Assembly (NCBI RefSeq): GCF_026157065.1
Contig: NZ_JANLGQ010000006.1
Location: forward strand, 229,925 to 253,924
DNA length: 24,000 bases
Source of the DNA: Enterococcus sp. HY326
GTDB taxonomy: Bacteria > Bacillota > Bacilli > Lactobacillales > Enterococcaceae
Reading direction: 5' to 3'
The notes beneath the pieces are model-generated. The model was not told the DNA's origin. It made no database searches and saw only the letters and a list, made by a program, of their open reading frames with translations. The translations under genes and the position numbers were made by a program. Below, piece by piece: positions 7,903 to 15,938 of this stretch (its first letter is position 1; every line of letters starts with the position of its first letter).

Positions 7903-8982
7903 TTAACGCAGTGTTTCTTTAAAGACCGCTACATCCTTCATGCTCAAAGAACGGATAAAGGCCACCAGCAGTTGAATGGTTTGGCGATAATCTTCTTGGT
8001 GAATCAGTAAGCGGGAAGAATGCATGTACCGGGTGGGCAGCGAGAGGGTCATGGTGACAACCCCCTCCATCGCCTTGTGAATATTACAAGCATCGGTGCC
8101 GCCGACAGTCATAAAGTCATAGCGAACATTTAAATTTTGTTCTTTAATAATTGTTTCCATGCGCTCTAGTAAACCACGATTGGCAATCGTCAAGGAATCT
8201 AACACTGCTAAAATACAGCCATCACCTAATCGCAGCCCGTCTTTATCAAAGGGAGTGTCTTTTGCTGTGGTGACGTCTAAAGCAATCGCAATATCAGGCT
8301 TGATGCTATGGACCGCCGTTCGTGCGCCCCGAATGCCGACTTCTTCTTGGACCGTTGCCGCAAAATAAACATCTGCCGCAATTTCAGATTGCGCTATGTT
8401 ACGTAGCACCTCTAAGCTTGTCCCTAGACAGATTCTGTCGTCCCAGGCTTTGCCCATTAGATATTCGGGGTCATTCATTTGCCGAAATTGTGTATTTGGC
8501 GTAATCATATCACCAACGGCAATTCCCAGTTCGTTAATTTTTGCAGCGCTACTAACCCCCATGTCCAAATAAAAATCCATCGGTGCAAAGACTTTATTTT
8601 TTTCTTCAGCGGGCATTCCGTGGGGTGCCCGACTGCCGATAACGCCGATGTATTTTTGGCCAGTAGCGGTGGTGACTTTCATCTCTTGGGCAGGCATTAC
8701 ATGGCCCCACCAGCCGCCGACAGGTAAAAGATACAAGTAACCCTCAGGCGTAATTTTGCGCACCATAAAGCCGACTTCATCCATATGAGCGGAGAGCATA
8801 ATTTTCGGACCGGTACCTTTTTTGTGCAAAATCAGAGAACCTAGATTATCATAAAAATACTCATCGACTAACGGTGCGCCATAATTTTTGACAACACGGG
8901 AGACTTCCCGCTCACAGCCGCCGATACCATCGGCTTCACTTAAATTTTTTAGGAGCTCAAGGTCAATTGCTTGAATTGTCAT
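7903..8982 (-). CDS. M42-family metallo-aminopeptidase (FrvX/YpdE/PepA-type), metal site intact
   Basis: 359 aa. All five canonical M42 ligand contexts are present: AHMDEVG, AWDDR, TVQEEVG, IALDVT, TRYMHS. RBS GGAGG overlaps the upstream stop. Confidence 0.85.
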   Translation of the reverse strand: MTIQAIDLELLKNLSEADGIGGCEREVSRVVKNYGAPLVDEYFYDNLGSLILHKKGTGPKIMLSAHMDEVGFMVRKITPEGYLYLLPVGGWWGHVMPAQEMKVTTATGQKYIGVIGSRAPHGMPAEEKNKVFAPMDFYLDMGVSSAAKINELGIAVGDMITPNTQFRQMNDPEYLMGKAWDDRICLGTSLEVLRNIAQSEIAADVYFAATVQEEVGIRGARTAVHSIKPDIAIALDVTTAKDTPFDKDGLRLGDGCILAVLDSLTIANRGLLERMETIIKEQNLNVRYDFMTVGGTDACNIHKAMEGVVTMTLSLPTRYMHSSRLLIHQEDYRQTIQLLVAFIRSLSMKDVAVFKETLR

Positions 8983-8993
8983 AGTGAGGCCTC

Positions 8994-10055
8994 CTAACGG
9001 TTTTCTTCTTGATAGGCTACAATTTTTTCAGGAGTTAAGGCTTTTAAGAAAGCGGCTAGAGCAGAGGCAATTGCCCGATAGTCTGTTTGCCGTGCGACTT
9101 GCAAGCCAGCATCCAAATTACGCAGAGCCTGACCGATTAATAAAGTCGGGCAGCCAGTCCGTAATTTATTAATCCAGCCGGCATCAGAGCCAGTTAAGGA
9201 ATAATAATCTTGATAAGCAATTTTTTCTGTATCACACAGCTGCCGCAGCTCATTTAAAAGCAAACGATTTGGTAAAACGGAAGGGTCGTAATAGGTGAGT
9301 AATAAGCCCTCACCTAAAATCCCTTGTTGGTCAGTCGCATCTGTTTGATAATCCCACGCCTGCTGCGTATCCAGCATCACTGCCAAGTCAGGTTGAACTA
9401 AATTGGCGGCGGTTTGGGCGCCACGGGTACCGACTTGTTCCTGTACTGTACAGCCGACATATAAATCAAAAGGCAGAGTCACATCAGTTAAGGAACGCAG
9501 GATGTCGATTGTTTGACTGACGGCCAAGCGCCCATTCCAATTTGCAGCATACCAAGTTTCCTGATTTTCTGAAGTGAAAAAATCAGCCGCTAAAGTAATC
9601 ATATCGCCGACCATGATTTGCTTTGTCGTCGCTTCGGCTTCTGAAATAAAGCCAAAATCCAAGAGGACATCGCCGGTTTTGCCTAAGGCAGTGCCAGCTT
9701 GGTCTTGTCCTAAGATGACACCGGTGAAAGTTTTTTGACTGCGGGTCATTAGTTTAACCTTGGTTCCCAACAAAGCTTTGTCGTTAACTTGCCCTAGCGC
9801 CAAAGCTGTCAAGGTACCATTCCCATTAATTTTTTTCAAAATAAAGCCCAATTCGTCCATGTGGGCGTTGACCATCACTCGTAGCTGACTAGCCCCGCTG
9901 CCTTTTTTCAACGCATAAATGGAGCCCAGATTGTCATAAATAATTTCGTCACAGTAGGGTGTGTACTGTTCCTTTAAAAAATGGGAAATATATTTTTCAT
10001 TGCCCGCAATACCTGGCGTTGTCGCCAGAGCTTGCAGTTGTTCAACTAAGTCCAT
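8994..10055 (-). CDS. M42-family peptidase paralogue with degenerate metal-binding site (probable pseudoenzyme or altered subunit)
   Basis: 353 aa, colinear with the neighbouring M42. AHMDELG and MLDTQQ are retained, but DDR is replaced by NGR (ANWNGR), EE by EQ (TVQEQVG), and the C-terminal His by Asp (RNLDAG versus RYMHSS). Confidence 0.75.
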   Translation of the reverse strand: MDLVEQLQALATTPGIAGNEKYISHFLKEQYTPYCDEIIYDNLGSIYALKKGSGASQLRVMVNAHMDELGFILKKINGNGTLTALALGQVNDKALLGTKVKLMTRSQKTFTGVILGQDQAGTALGKTGDVLLDFGFISEAEATTKQIMVGDMITLAADFFTSENQETWYAANWNGRLAVSQTIDILRSLTDVTLPFDLYVGCTVQEQVGTRGAQTAANLVQPDLAVMLDTQQAWDYQTDATDQQGILGEGLLLTYYDPSVLPNRLLLNELRQLCDTEKIAYQDYYSLTGSDAGWINKLRTGCPTLLIGQALRNLDAGLQVARQTDYRAIASALAAFLKALTPEKIVAYQEENR

Positions 10056-10073
10056 CTTTTATCCTCGATTCTC

Positions 10074-10595
10074 TTAATAGCAATATTCAGCAGTAAAGGC
10101 CGTGGTGTCTTCCTGATTGACTTTCAGCTGGCAGAGTTTCAGCATTGTTTCCATTGATTCCGTCAAGCCAGTGCCGCCTTTTTTCGGCATTTTAACAATG
10201 TCGACTTGGTCTTTGTACAATTCAATCGCTTCGGCACATTCCTGAGACATGGCGGCAATCACCGGTTTGTGGAGCTTATCAGTAATCGTCGCCGCCACTT
10301 TGCCGGCCATCAAGCCGTATTTATCATAATTAAAACAAGGACCGCAAATGACGACATCGGGATTTAATTTTTTAACCATTGCAGTTAATTTCAAGGCATT
10401 GGTTTCAGCATCGGCGGCGAAATAATCATCGCCGCAATACAAGGTTGCCATGACTTCGCCGTTGACCGCCCCTAGATAATTTTCAAACATCTGGACTGAG
10501 CCAATCGCCATATATTTGCCGCCCAAGGGTTGGTCGCCTTTTTCAGCGCCACCTAAACCGGCTTGAATTTGATCGAGTATAAAAATAATTTTCAT
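10074..10595 (-). CDS. Small protein resembling the N-terminal domain of the glycine/sarcosine/betaine reductase protein B (GrdB/PrdB) family; no selenocysteine
   Basis: Start set at ATG 10595 (MKIIFILDQ), 8 nt after AGGAGG; the GTG at 10604 abuts the RBS. Blocks IQAGLGGAEKGD, LYCGDDYF and PDVVICGPCFNYDKYG match my recollection of conserved GrdB N-terminal blocks. 173 aa, no in-frame TGA. Confidence 0.5.
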   Translation of the reverse strand: MKIIFILDQIQAGLGGAEKGDQPLGGKYMAIGSVQMFENYLGAVNGEVMATLYCGDDYFAADAETNALKLTAMVKKLNPDVVICGPCFNYDKYGLMAGKVAATITDKLHKPVIAAMSQECAEAIELYKDQVDIVKMPKKGGTGLTESMETMLKLCQLKVNQEDTTAFTAEYCY

Positions 10596-10607
10596 GTCAG
10601 CCACCTC

Positions 10608-11951
10608 CTATAAGTCTTCGATTGAAATATCGTCAAAGGAAATTTCATCTTCGGCCAATTTTTCCGCTGCCGCATCGGCTTCGTCTTGAAGATATTGTTT
10701 GTCTAATGTTTTGATGAACGGATAATAAATCAGACAGCCTAGCGCCAGCAGAACAAACTGCCATAAAGCGGCCACTAAACTACCGGTACTCAAGTAACCA
10801 GAAAAACCAATCGGAGTGGTCCATGGTAGTGAAACGCCGGTCGTATAAGGAATCAGACCAATTTTTGTAACAAAAGTTGACAGCAGTAGGTTAACTGTCG
10901 GTGTCAAAATAAACGGAATGATGATAATTGGATTTAAGACAACTGGTAAACCGAAGATAATCGGTTCATTGATACCAAAAATTCCTGGGACAATTGATAG
11001 TTTTCCCAGTTCTTTAATTCGCCGGGATTTGCAGAAGAGCATCATCACGATAATTAATGAAAGGGTCGAACCGCCACCGCCGAAATTGGTAAAGAAATTA
11101 GAAAACGGATCGGTAAAGATATTTGGCAAAGTGGTGCCGGCTTGGAAGGCATCTAAGTTTTCCATCGTTAAAATTTTGGTGATTGGGGCAAAAACGGAAT
11201 TGGCTACCGCCGGACCATTAATCCCAAAGAACCAGAAAATAGTACAAGCCAAGCTGTAAATAATTTGCGCCGTCAAAGTATTGCCGGCCCCCCGCAAAGG
11301 TGTTTGCAGGACTTCAAAAATAAAATTGTGGGCGGTTTCAAAGGAAGTCATCCCAAATAAAATATTAACTAAGAAGAAGGTCATCATAACTAACGCACTT
11401 GGAACTAAAGCGGCAAAGGATTTAGTAACTGCTGGCGGCACACCGTCAGGCATTTTAATTGTCCACCCCTTTTTAGTCGCATAGGAATAAATAATTACTG
11501 AAACAAAAGCGACAACTAAACCAACGAAAATCCCATTGGTACCCAGATGGTCAAAGGACAAACCGCTTACCGGATCTGCAACACCTTCAATAAAAATTTT
11601 GTTGGGTGTTAAAATCAAAAAGCCAATCGCTGCCACAGCAGCTGCTTGAATCGGGTCGCTTTTTTTCTCCCGGGCATAGGCATAAGCCGTACCAAGACAG
11701 GAGAAGAAGCCAACGGTATTAAAGACAGAACCGGAGACTCTTGTAATCCAAGATTCCCAACCAGTTCCAAAAATTCCCGCCCAAAATTCAGACCAGCCGG
11801 TGATTGGGAAATTGGCGATTAATAAAAAGATTGATCCTACGATTACCAAAGGGGTTGTGATTAAAAAACCATCACGAATGGCAATCAGCGCTTTGTTCTG
11901 GCCCAGTTTAACGGCAACTGGCATCAAAACATTTTCCAACTTACTAAACAT
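10608..11951 (-). CDS. PTS lactose/cellobiose/chitobiose-family EIIC permease
   Basis: 447 aa polytopic protein. N-terminus LMPVAVKLGQNKALIAIRDGF and the internal GINGP, NEPIIFGLP and PWTTP motifs are typical of CelB/ChbC-type EIIC. Unusual acidic C-terminal tail (DEADAAAEKLAEDEISFDDISIEDL). Confidence 0.9.
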   Translation of the reverse strand: MFSKLENVLMPVAVKLGQNKALIAIRDGFLITTPLVIVGSIFLLIANFPITGWSEFWAGIFGTGWESWITRVSGSVFNTVGFFSCLGTAYAYAREKKSDPIQAAAVAAIGFLILTPNKIFIEGVADPVSGLSFDHLGTNGIFVGLVVAFVSVIIYSYATKKGWTIKMPDGVPPAVTKSFAALVPSALVMMTFFLVNILFGMTSFETAHNFIFEVLQTPLRGAGNTLTAQIIYSLACTIFWFFGINGPAVANSVFAPITKILTMENLDAFQAGTTLPNIFTDPFSNFFTNFGGGGSTLSLIIVMMLFCKSRRIKELGKLSIVPGIFGINEPIIFGLPVVLNPIIIIPFILTPTVNLLLSTFVTKIGLIPYTTGVSLPWTTPIGFSGYLSTGSLVAALWQFVLLALGCLIYYPFIKTLDKQYLQDEADAAAEKLAEDEISFDDISIEDL

Positions 11952-11990
11952 TTTTTCATCCTCATTTCTTTTCTTATTTTATTTAAACGA

Positions 11991-12944
11991 TTAATCGATT
12001 GGTGCCTTAATCCGTTTTTCGTATGCGTCGAGCCATTCTTGTGAAATTGGCTCAATTATTGTTTGCTCGTCTGCTCCCATATTGGCGATGAAAATTTGGC
12101 TGTCTTCACCGTTGGCAGCGACGGAAAAAGTAAATTCAACATTAGTGGCAACGCCCCATTCACCCTTGGGATTCATGGCGACTAACGAAAAGGCACCGGC
12201 TTTGCCATAGCGTTTTTTCAACTTATGATGGAAGCGATAGACCGCTTCGTCACAGGCCTGTTGCGGAGCTAAGCCCTCAGACATTTTGCGGACAATTTCA
12301 TAGGAGAGACAACCCTTCATCAAATCTTCTCCCAAGCCTGTGGCAACGGCACCGCCGACTTCACTGTCCACGTAAAAGCCGCTGCCGGATAAGGGCGAAT
12401 CGCCAACCCGACCAGCTTGCTTCATAAACAAGCCTGAGCTGGAGGTGCCGGCACACATTTTGCCAAATTGATCCAGAGAAACCACGCCGACGGTATCGTG
12501 TCCGTCATAAGGGTCCAAATTATGTTTGGAAATTTCCTCCACCCGTTGTTCCCAGATTTTTTTAGCTCGGGGGGTTAACATGTTGCAGCGCTCAAAGCCC
12601 GCCAACATGGCATACTCAGTCGCTCCTTGCCCAACCCGAAAGCTGTTAAATTTTTCATCGCTCAATTTTCGGGCAACTGAAATCGGATTTTTAACATCGA
12701 CAATACCTGCGACAGCGCCAATTTTAAAGGAGTCGCCATCCATAAAAGCCGCATCCATTTCTAAAATTCCGTGGGCATTTGGCAGGCCCCCGTAGCCGAC
12801 CGATTTGTAATAGGGATAATCTTCGACGGCTTTGATAGCCGTCTCGACAGCATCCCCCGCCGTTCCTCGGTTTGCTAATAATGCGGCGGCTTTGTGCACG
12901 CCGTCATCGGCCATCCGCCATGTTGCTATGGTTCCCCAACTCAT
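11991..12944 (-). CDS. Ntn-hydrolase of the asparaginase-2 family, glycosylasparaginase (aspartylglucosaminidase)-like
   Basis: Start set at ATG 12944 (MSWGTIATW), 7 nt after GGAGGA, which removes the overlap with the upstream gene. Motifs SVGYGGLPN, MDAAFMDG, KNPISVAR, autoprocessing/nucleophile site GHD-TVGVV, GRVGDSP and VATGLGEDL resemble bacterial and human glycosylasparaginases more than E. coli IaaA, as I remember those sequences. Confidence 0.7.
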   Translation of the reverse strand: MSWGTIATWRMADDGVHKAAALLANRGTAGDAVETAIKAVEDYPYYKSVGYGGLPNAHGILEMDAAFMDGDSFKIGAVAGIVDVKNPISVARKLSDEKFNSFRVGQGATEYAMLAGFERCNMLTPRAKKIWEQRVEEISKHNLDPYDGHDTVGVVSLDQFGKMCAGTSSSGLFMKQAGRVGDSPLSGSGFYVDSEVGGAVATGLGEDLMKGCLSYEIVRKMSEGLAPQQACDEAVYRFHHKLKKRYGKAGAFSLVAMNPKGEWGVATNVEFTFSVAANGEDSQIFIANMGADEQTIIEPISQEWLDAYEKRIKAPID

Positions 12945-12960
12945 ATTGATTCCTCCAATT

Positions 12961-14274
12961 TTATAAATCAGCAACTGCTAAAGCGCAGATTGCCTTGAGA
13001 TAAATTTCCATATTTAAAAATAAATCTTTTTTCGCCATATACTCATTTTTATTGTGGGCAATGCCTTTTTGTCCGGGAAATGATGGACCAAAGGCGACAA
13101 TATTCGGCATTGAGCGGGCATAAGTGGCCCCTGTCGTTGTCACCGGCGTGCCATCTAAACCGCTAGTTTCCTCATAGACTCGTGATAAAATCTGAATGCC
13201 GGCAGCTTCTTTAGGAATCACATGACTTTTGATACGGCGAGTGACGTTTAGCTGACTGGCTTCTGGAATCACTTGTAAAAGTCCAGCTGTGACATCGTCT
13301 TCAGAAAAAGTTACTGGATAACGAACGGCAAAATCTAAGACTAGCTGCGTCCCATCTTTTTGCAGCTGATAAGGCGTAATCATCAATTTACCAGAATCGC
13401 CATCTTCAAAGGCAATGTTCAAACCTTCGCCGGCGTGTTTTTGATGGAAACTTGTGTAGAGCCAAGAAAAATATGTTGCAACTTCTGTTGGCAAAGCCGC
13501 TTCACCTAATAATTTTTCCGCCAATAGTGTAATGGCATTTAAGCCTAAGTCAGGGGCGTTTGAAGGGGCTCGTTTACCAACTGCAAAAAAAGTTTTTCCT
13601 TGATAGGTGACAGTTAGTTCATCGGGGACGTGGTCGCGAGCTTGGTCGCCGTTAAAAGCACCAAGGTCAGAAAGAGCGCTTTCAGAAAAAGCAGTCCTCA
13701 ATTGATAATTTACAACTCCTCGTTCTCCGTAGACAACTGAATATTTACCATCCGGCGTGAAACCAAATATCGGCGGCTGTTCCTCCGCTAAATACAGCGG
13801 TAAATCAGCCGAACCACTTTCTTCGTCCGTTCCGAAAATAATGCGAATCTGCCGTTTAGGCTGAAAGCCGGCGTCCTTCAAAAGTTTCAAAGCAAACAGA
13901 CAGGCGAGGATTGGACCTTTATTATCTAAAATGCCCCGTCCATAAAAATTTTCGGTATCTTCGCTTAAATCAAAGGGCGGATAATCCCAACCGCTGCCGG
14001 CTGCCACGACATCCAAATGCCCAACGACTCCGATATATTCACTGCTTTCGCCAAAAGCGGCATAGCCAACGGCATCGCCGATGGTCTTTCTTTTGAATCC
14101 GTAGCTCTCTGCCAATTTTAGCGTTTGTTCTAAAGCTGCCCGTGGCCCTGGACCAAAGGGCTCGCCGGTAGCGGTTGGTCCTTTAATGCTGGGAATCTGC
14201 AGGACACTTTTTAAATCTGTTAAAAATTCTGCAGCATGCTCTTGGATCAGCTGCTGATAATTCAGTTCGTTCAT
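12961..14274 (-). CDS. M20-family dipeptidase (PepV / Sapep type)
   Basis: 437 aa. Metal and catalytic motifs GHLDVV, GRGILDNKGP and GTDEESGS are intact. RBS AAGGAGA overlaps the GntR stop. Confidence 0.85.
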   Translation of the reverse strand: MNELNYQQLIQEHAAEFLTDLKSVLQIPSIKGPTATGEPFGPGPRAALEQTLKLAESYGFKRKTIGDAVGYAAFGESSEYIGVVGHLDVVAAGSGWDYPPFDLSEDTENFYGRGILDNKGPILACLFALKLLKDAGFQPKRQIRIIFGTDEESGSADLPLYLAEEQPPIFGFTPDGKYSVVYGERGVVNYQLRTAFSESALSDLGAFNGDQARDHVPDELTVTYQGKTFFAVGKRAPSNAPDLGLNAITLLAEKLLGEAALPTEVATYFSWLYTSFHQKHAGEGLNIAFEDGDSGKLMITPYQLQKDGTQLVLDFAVRYPVTFSEDDVTAGLLQVIPEASQLNVTRRIKSHVIPKEAAGIQILSRVYEETSGLDGTPVTTTGATYARSMPNIVAFGPSFPGQKGIAHNKNEYMAKKDLFLNMEIYLKAICALAVADL

Positions 14275-14287
14275 TGTGAGGTCTCCT

Positions 14288-15007
14288 TTAATGATTACGA
14301 ATTAAGGTGTTCTTGAAGGTATATTTGTCAGCACGGTAATAGGAAGTATCGTAAATTATCGGAATTGCCGTGGCAGAATAGGCAATCGAATTAACTTTTA
14401 ATACGGGATCATTTTTTTTGATTTGCAAAAGCTTCGCTAACTCTTGGTCAGCTAGCATGGCCTCCACCTCTTGATGGGAATAGGCAATCTCGACAGTTTT
14501 TTCAATTAGTTCAAAAAGCGAATTGGCTAACTGTTCCTTGGTAACCTCTTTGACAGTGCTGCTCTTCACGTATAAATGTTCAATCGTCATCGGCTCTTCA
14601 TCAAAAGAGCGTAGCCGCTCGATATAAACCAAATCACCTTGTTTGGTCAATTGCATAGCATTTAAAATAGTTTGCGGCGCTTGCGGCGTTTGGTCATAAA
14701 CTAAAACCTTTGTATTAGAAGATTTACCAAAGGCCTTCGCCGACTCGGTAAAGCCGACTAGACCCGATTTGCCGCTTTGATATTTTTCGCTCGGCTGCAT
14801 CACGTAGGTGCCTTTGCCCTTCATTTTGAAAAGCAAATTTTGCTGAATCAAAAAATCAATCGCTTTGCGCACCGTCAGCCGGCTGACAGCAAATTCAGTG
14901 GCCAAATCGTATTCTGAAGGCAGCTTTTGCGAGCTGACGTAAACACCTGTCTTGATTTTTTCTTCAATTTCTTTTGCAACGAGTTGATAACTCGGTAATT
15001 TTTCCAT
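14288..15007 (-). CDS. GntR-family transcriptional regulator, HutC subfamily (winged HTH plus UTRA effector domain)
   Basis: 239 aa. N-terminal LPSEYDLATEFAVSRLTVRKAIDFL is the GntR wHTH signature. Length and C-terminal pattern fit the UTRA-type HutC/NagR group. Confidence 0.85.
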   Translation of the reverse strand: MEKLPSYQLVAKEIEEKIKTGVYVSSQKLPSEYDLATEFAVSRLTVRKAIDFLIQQNLLFKMKGKGTYVMQPSEKYQSGKSGLVGFTESAKAFGKSSNTKVLVYDQTPQAPQTILNAMQLTKQGDLVYIERLRSFDEEPMTIEHLYVKSSTVKEVTKEQLANSLFELIEKTVEIAYSHQEVEAMLADQELAKLLQIKKNDPVLKVNSIAYSATAIPIIYDTSYYRADKYTFKNTLIRNH

Positions 15008-15022
15008 TCTAATCCATCCTTT

Positions 15023-15868
15023 TTACCAGTCAAAAAAACTAGTATTGGTAGCAACGCCAGAAGCAATGCTGATAAACGCTTGTTGATCTGTTTGCGTAAT
15101 AATTGTTTTGACGGCGGCTAATTCTCTTTTGGAAACTACGACAATCAGCATCTTGCGGGACTCGTGGTCAAAGGCCCCCTCGACATCATTGACAATCGTC
15201 ATGCCTCGGGAAATCTTTTCTTGAATATTCGGTACCAGCTGCGGCGCTTTTTGCGTAACAACTAACAGCTGAACCTTCTGCTGTTTAGCGTTGACATAAT
15301 CGACCACCCTGCCGCTGATAAAAACCGAAAAAGCGCTATAAAAGGCATATTGCCAACCAAATAGAAAGCCTGCCGCAAATTCAATCAAGACATTAAAAAC
15401 AATAAAAACCGAACCAATGCTTTGTTTGGTGTATTTGCGGGCGATGATGCCGATAATATCTAAACCACCAGTTGAAAAATCACTGTTTAACGTAATGCCC
15501 ACCGAAATTCCGTGAAGCACACCACCAAATAATGCGCAGATAAAAGGATCCGTGGTAATAACAAGCGGCGGAATAAGTTTCATCACAAATGAGGTGATGA
15601 CAACCGCAAAAATTGTATAGCAGGTAAATTCTTTGTCAATTTTGAACCAGGCAATAATCAAAAGAGGTAAGTTAAAAATTAAAACTAAAAAAGGAATCGA
15701 CAGCTGAATATGTGCAAACTGATTCAAACTAACCGACAACAGCTGCGATAAGCCCGTGATACCGTTTGCATAAATGTTGCCAGACAACCAAAAAAAGTTT
15801 AAGGCAATCGATGATAGCACCGCATACAATAAAGCAATTCCCATTTTTGAAAAATTAGCTTTTGGCAT
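15023..15868 (-). CDS. YitT-family membrane protein (DUF2179-type C-terminal domain)
   Basis: 281 aa, about 5-6 TM helices, then a soluble ~80-aa C-terminal domain (VQLLVVTQKAPQLVPNIQEKISRGMTIVNDVEGAF...). RBS GGGAGA. It ends 15 nt before the GntR start, so it is probably the first gene of the operon. Confidence 0.7.
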   Translation of the reverse strand: MPKANFSKMGIALLYAVLSSIALNFFWLSGNIYANGITGLSQLLSVSLNQFAHIQLSIPFLVLIFNLPLLIIAWFKIDKEFTCYTIFAVVITSFVMKLIPPLVITTDPFICALFGGVLHGISVGITLNSDFSTGGLDIIGIIARKYTKQSIGSVFIVFNVLIEFAAGFLFGWQYAFYSAFSVFISGRVVDYVNAKQQKVQLLVVTQKAPQLVPNIQEKISRGMTIVNDVEGAFDHESRKMLIVVVSKRELAAVKTIITQTDQQAFISIASGVATNTSFFDW

Positions 15869-15900
15869 AGCACTGATCTCCCATTAATTTTTTCAAGTTT

Positions 15901-15929
15901 ATTATAACTAGTATATACTGTTTTGTATA
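15901..15929 (-). promoter_or_regulatory. Sigma-A promoter of the yitT-gntR-peptidase-PTS operon
   Basis: Minus strand reads TATACA (15929-15924), 17 nt, TATAAT (15906-15901), 33 nt upstream of the YitT-family start codon. Confidence 0.55.
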
Positions 15930-15938
15930 TACTGTTTT
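15911..15938. promoter_or_regulatory. Tandem 14-bp direct repeat, each copy with the palindrome GTATATAC: candidate GntR/HutC operators
   Basis: gtatatactgtttt occurs twice back to back (15911-15924 and 15925-15938). GTATATAC is self-complementary and fits the HutC-subfamily operator pattern GT-M-TA-K-AC as I recall it. One copy lies in the promoter spacer and the other overlaps the -35. Confidence 0.6.

Noticed and set aside
10074-10595. Possibility that the GrdB-like gene is a truncated selenoprotein read through a TGA
   Set aside because: The ORF ends in TAA (10074-10076), 18 nt before the next gene's start. There is no in-frame TGA and no downstream continuation in any frame.
10918-11994. 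Plus-strand ORFs antisense to the EIIC gene (10918..11259, 11281..11484, 11800..11994)
   Set aside because: These are antisense shadow ORFs of a clearly coding membrane-protein gene. Their Lys/Ile-rich translations are typical of reverse-frame artefacts.
12945-12974. 10-codon upstream extension of the Ntn-hydrolase ORF (MLIYKIGGIN) overlapping the PepV-type gene
   Set aside because: The GGAGGA RBS lies inside the extension, 7 nt before ATG 12944. The shorter start removes the overlap.
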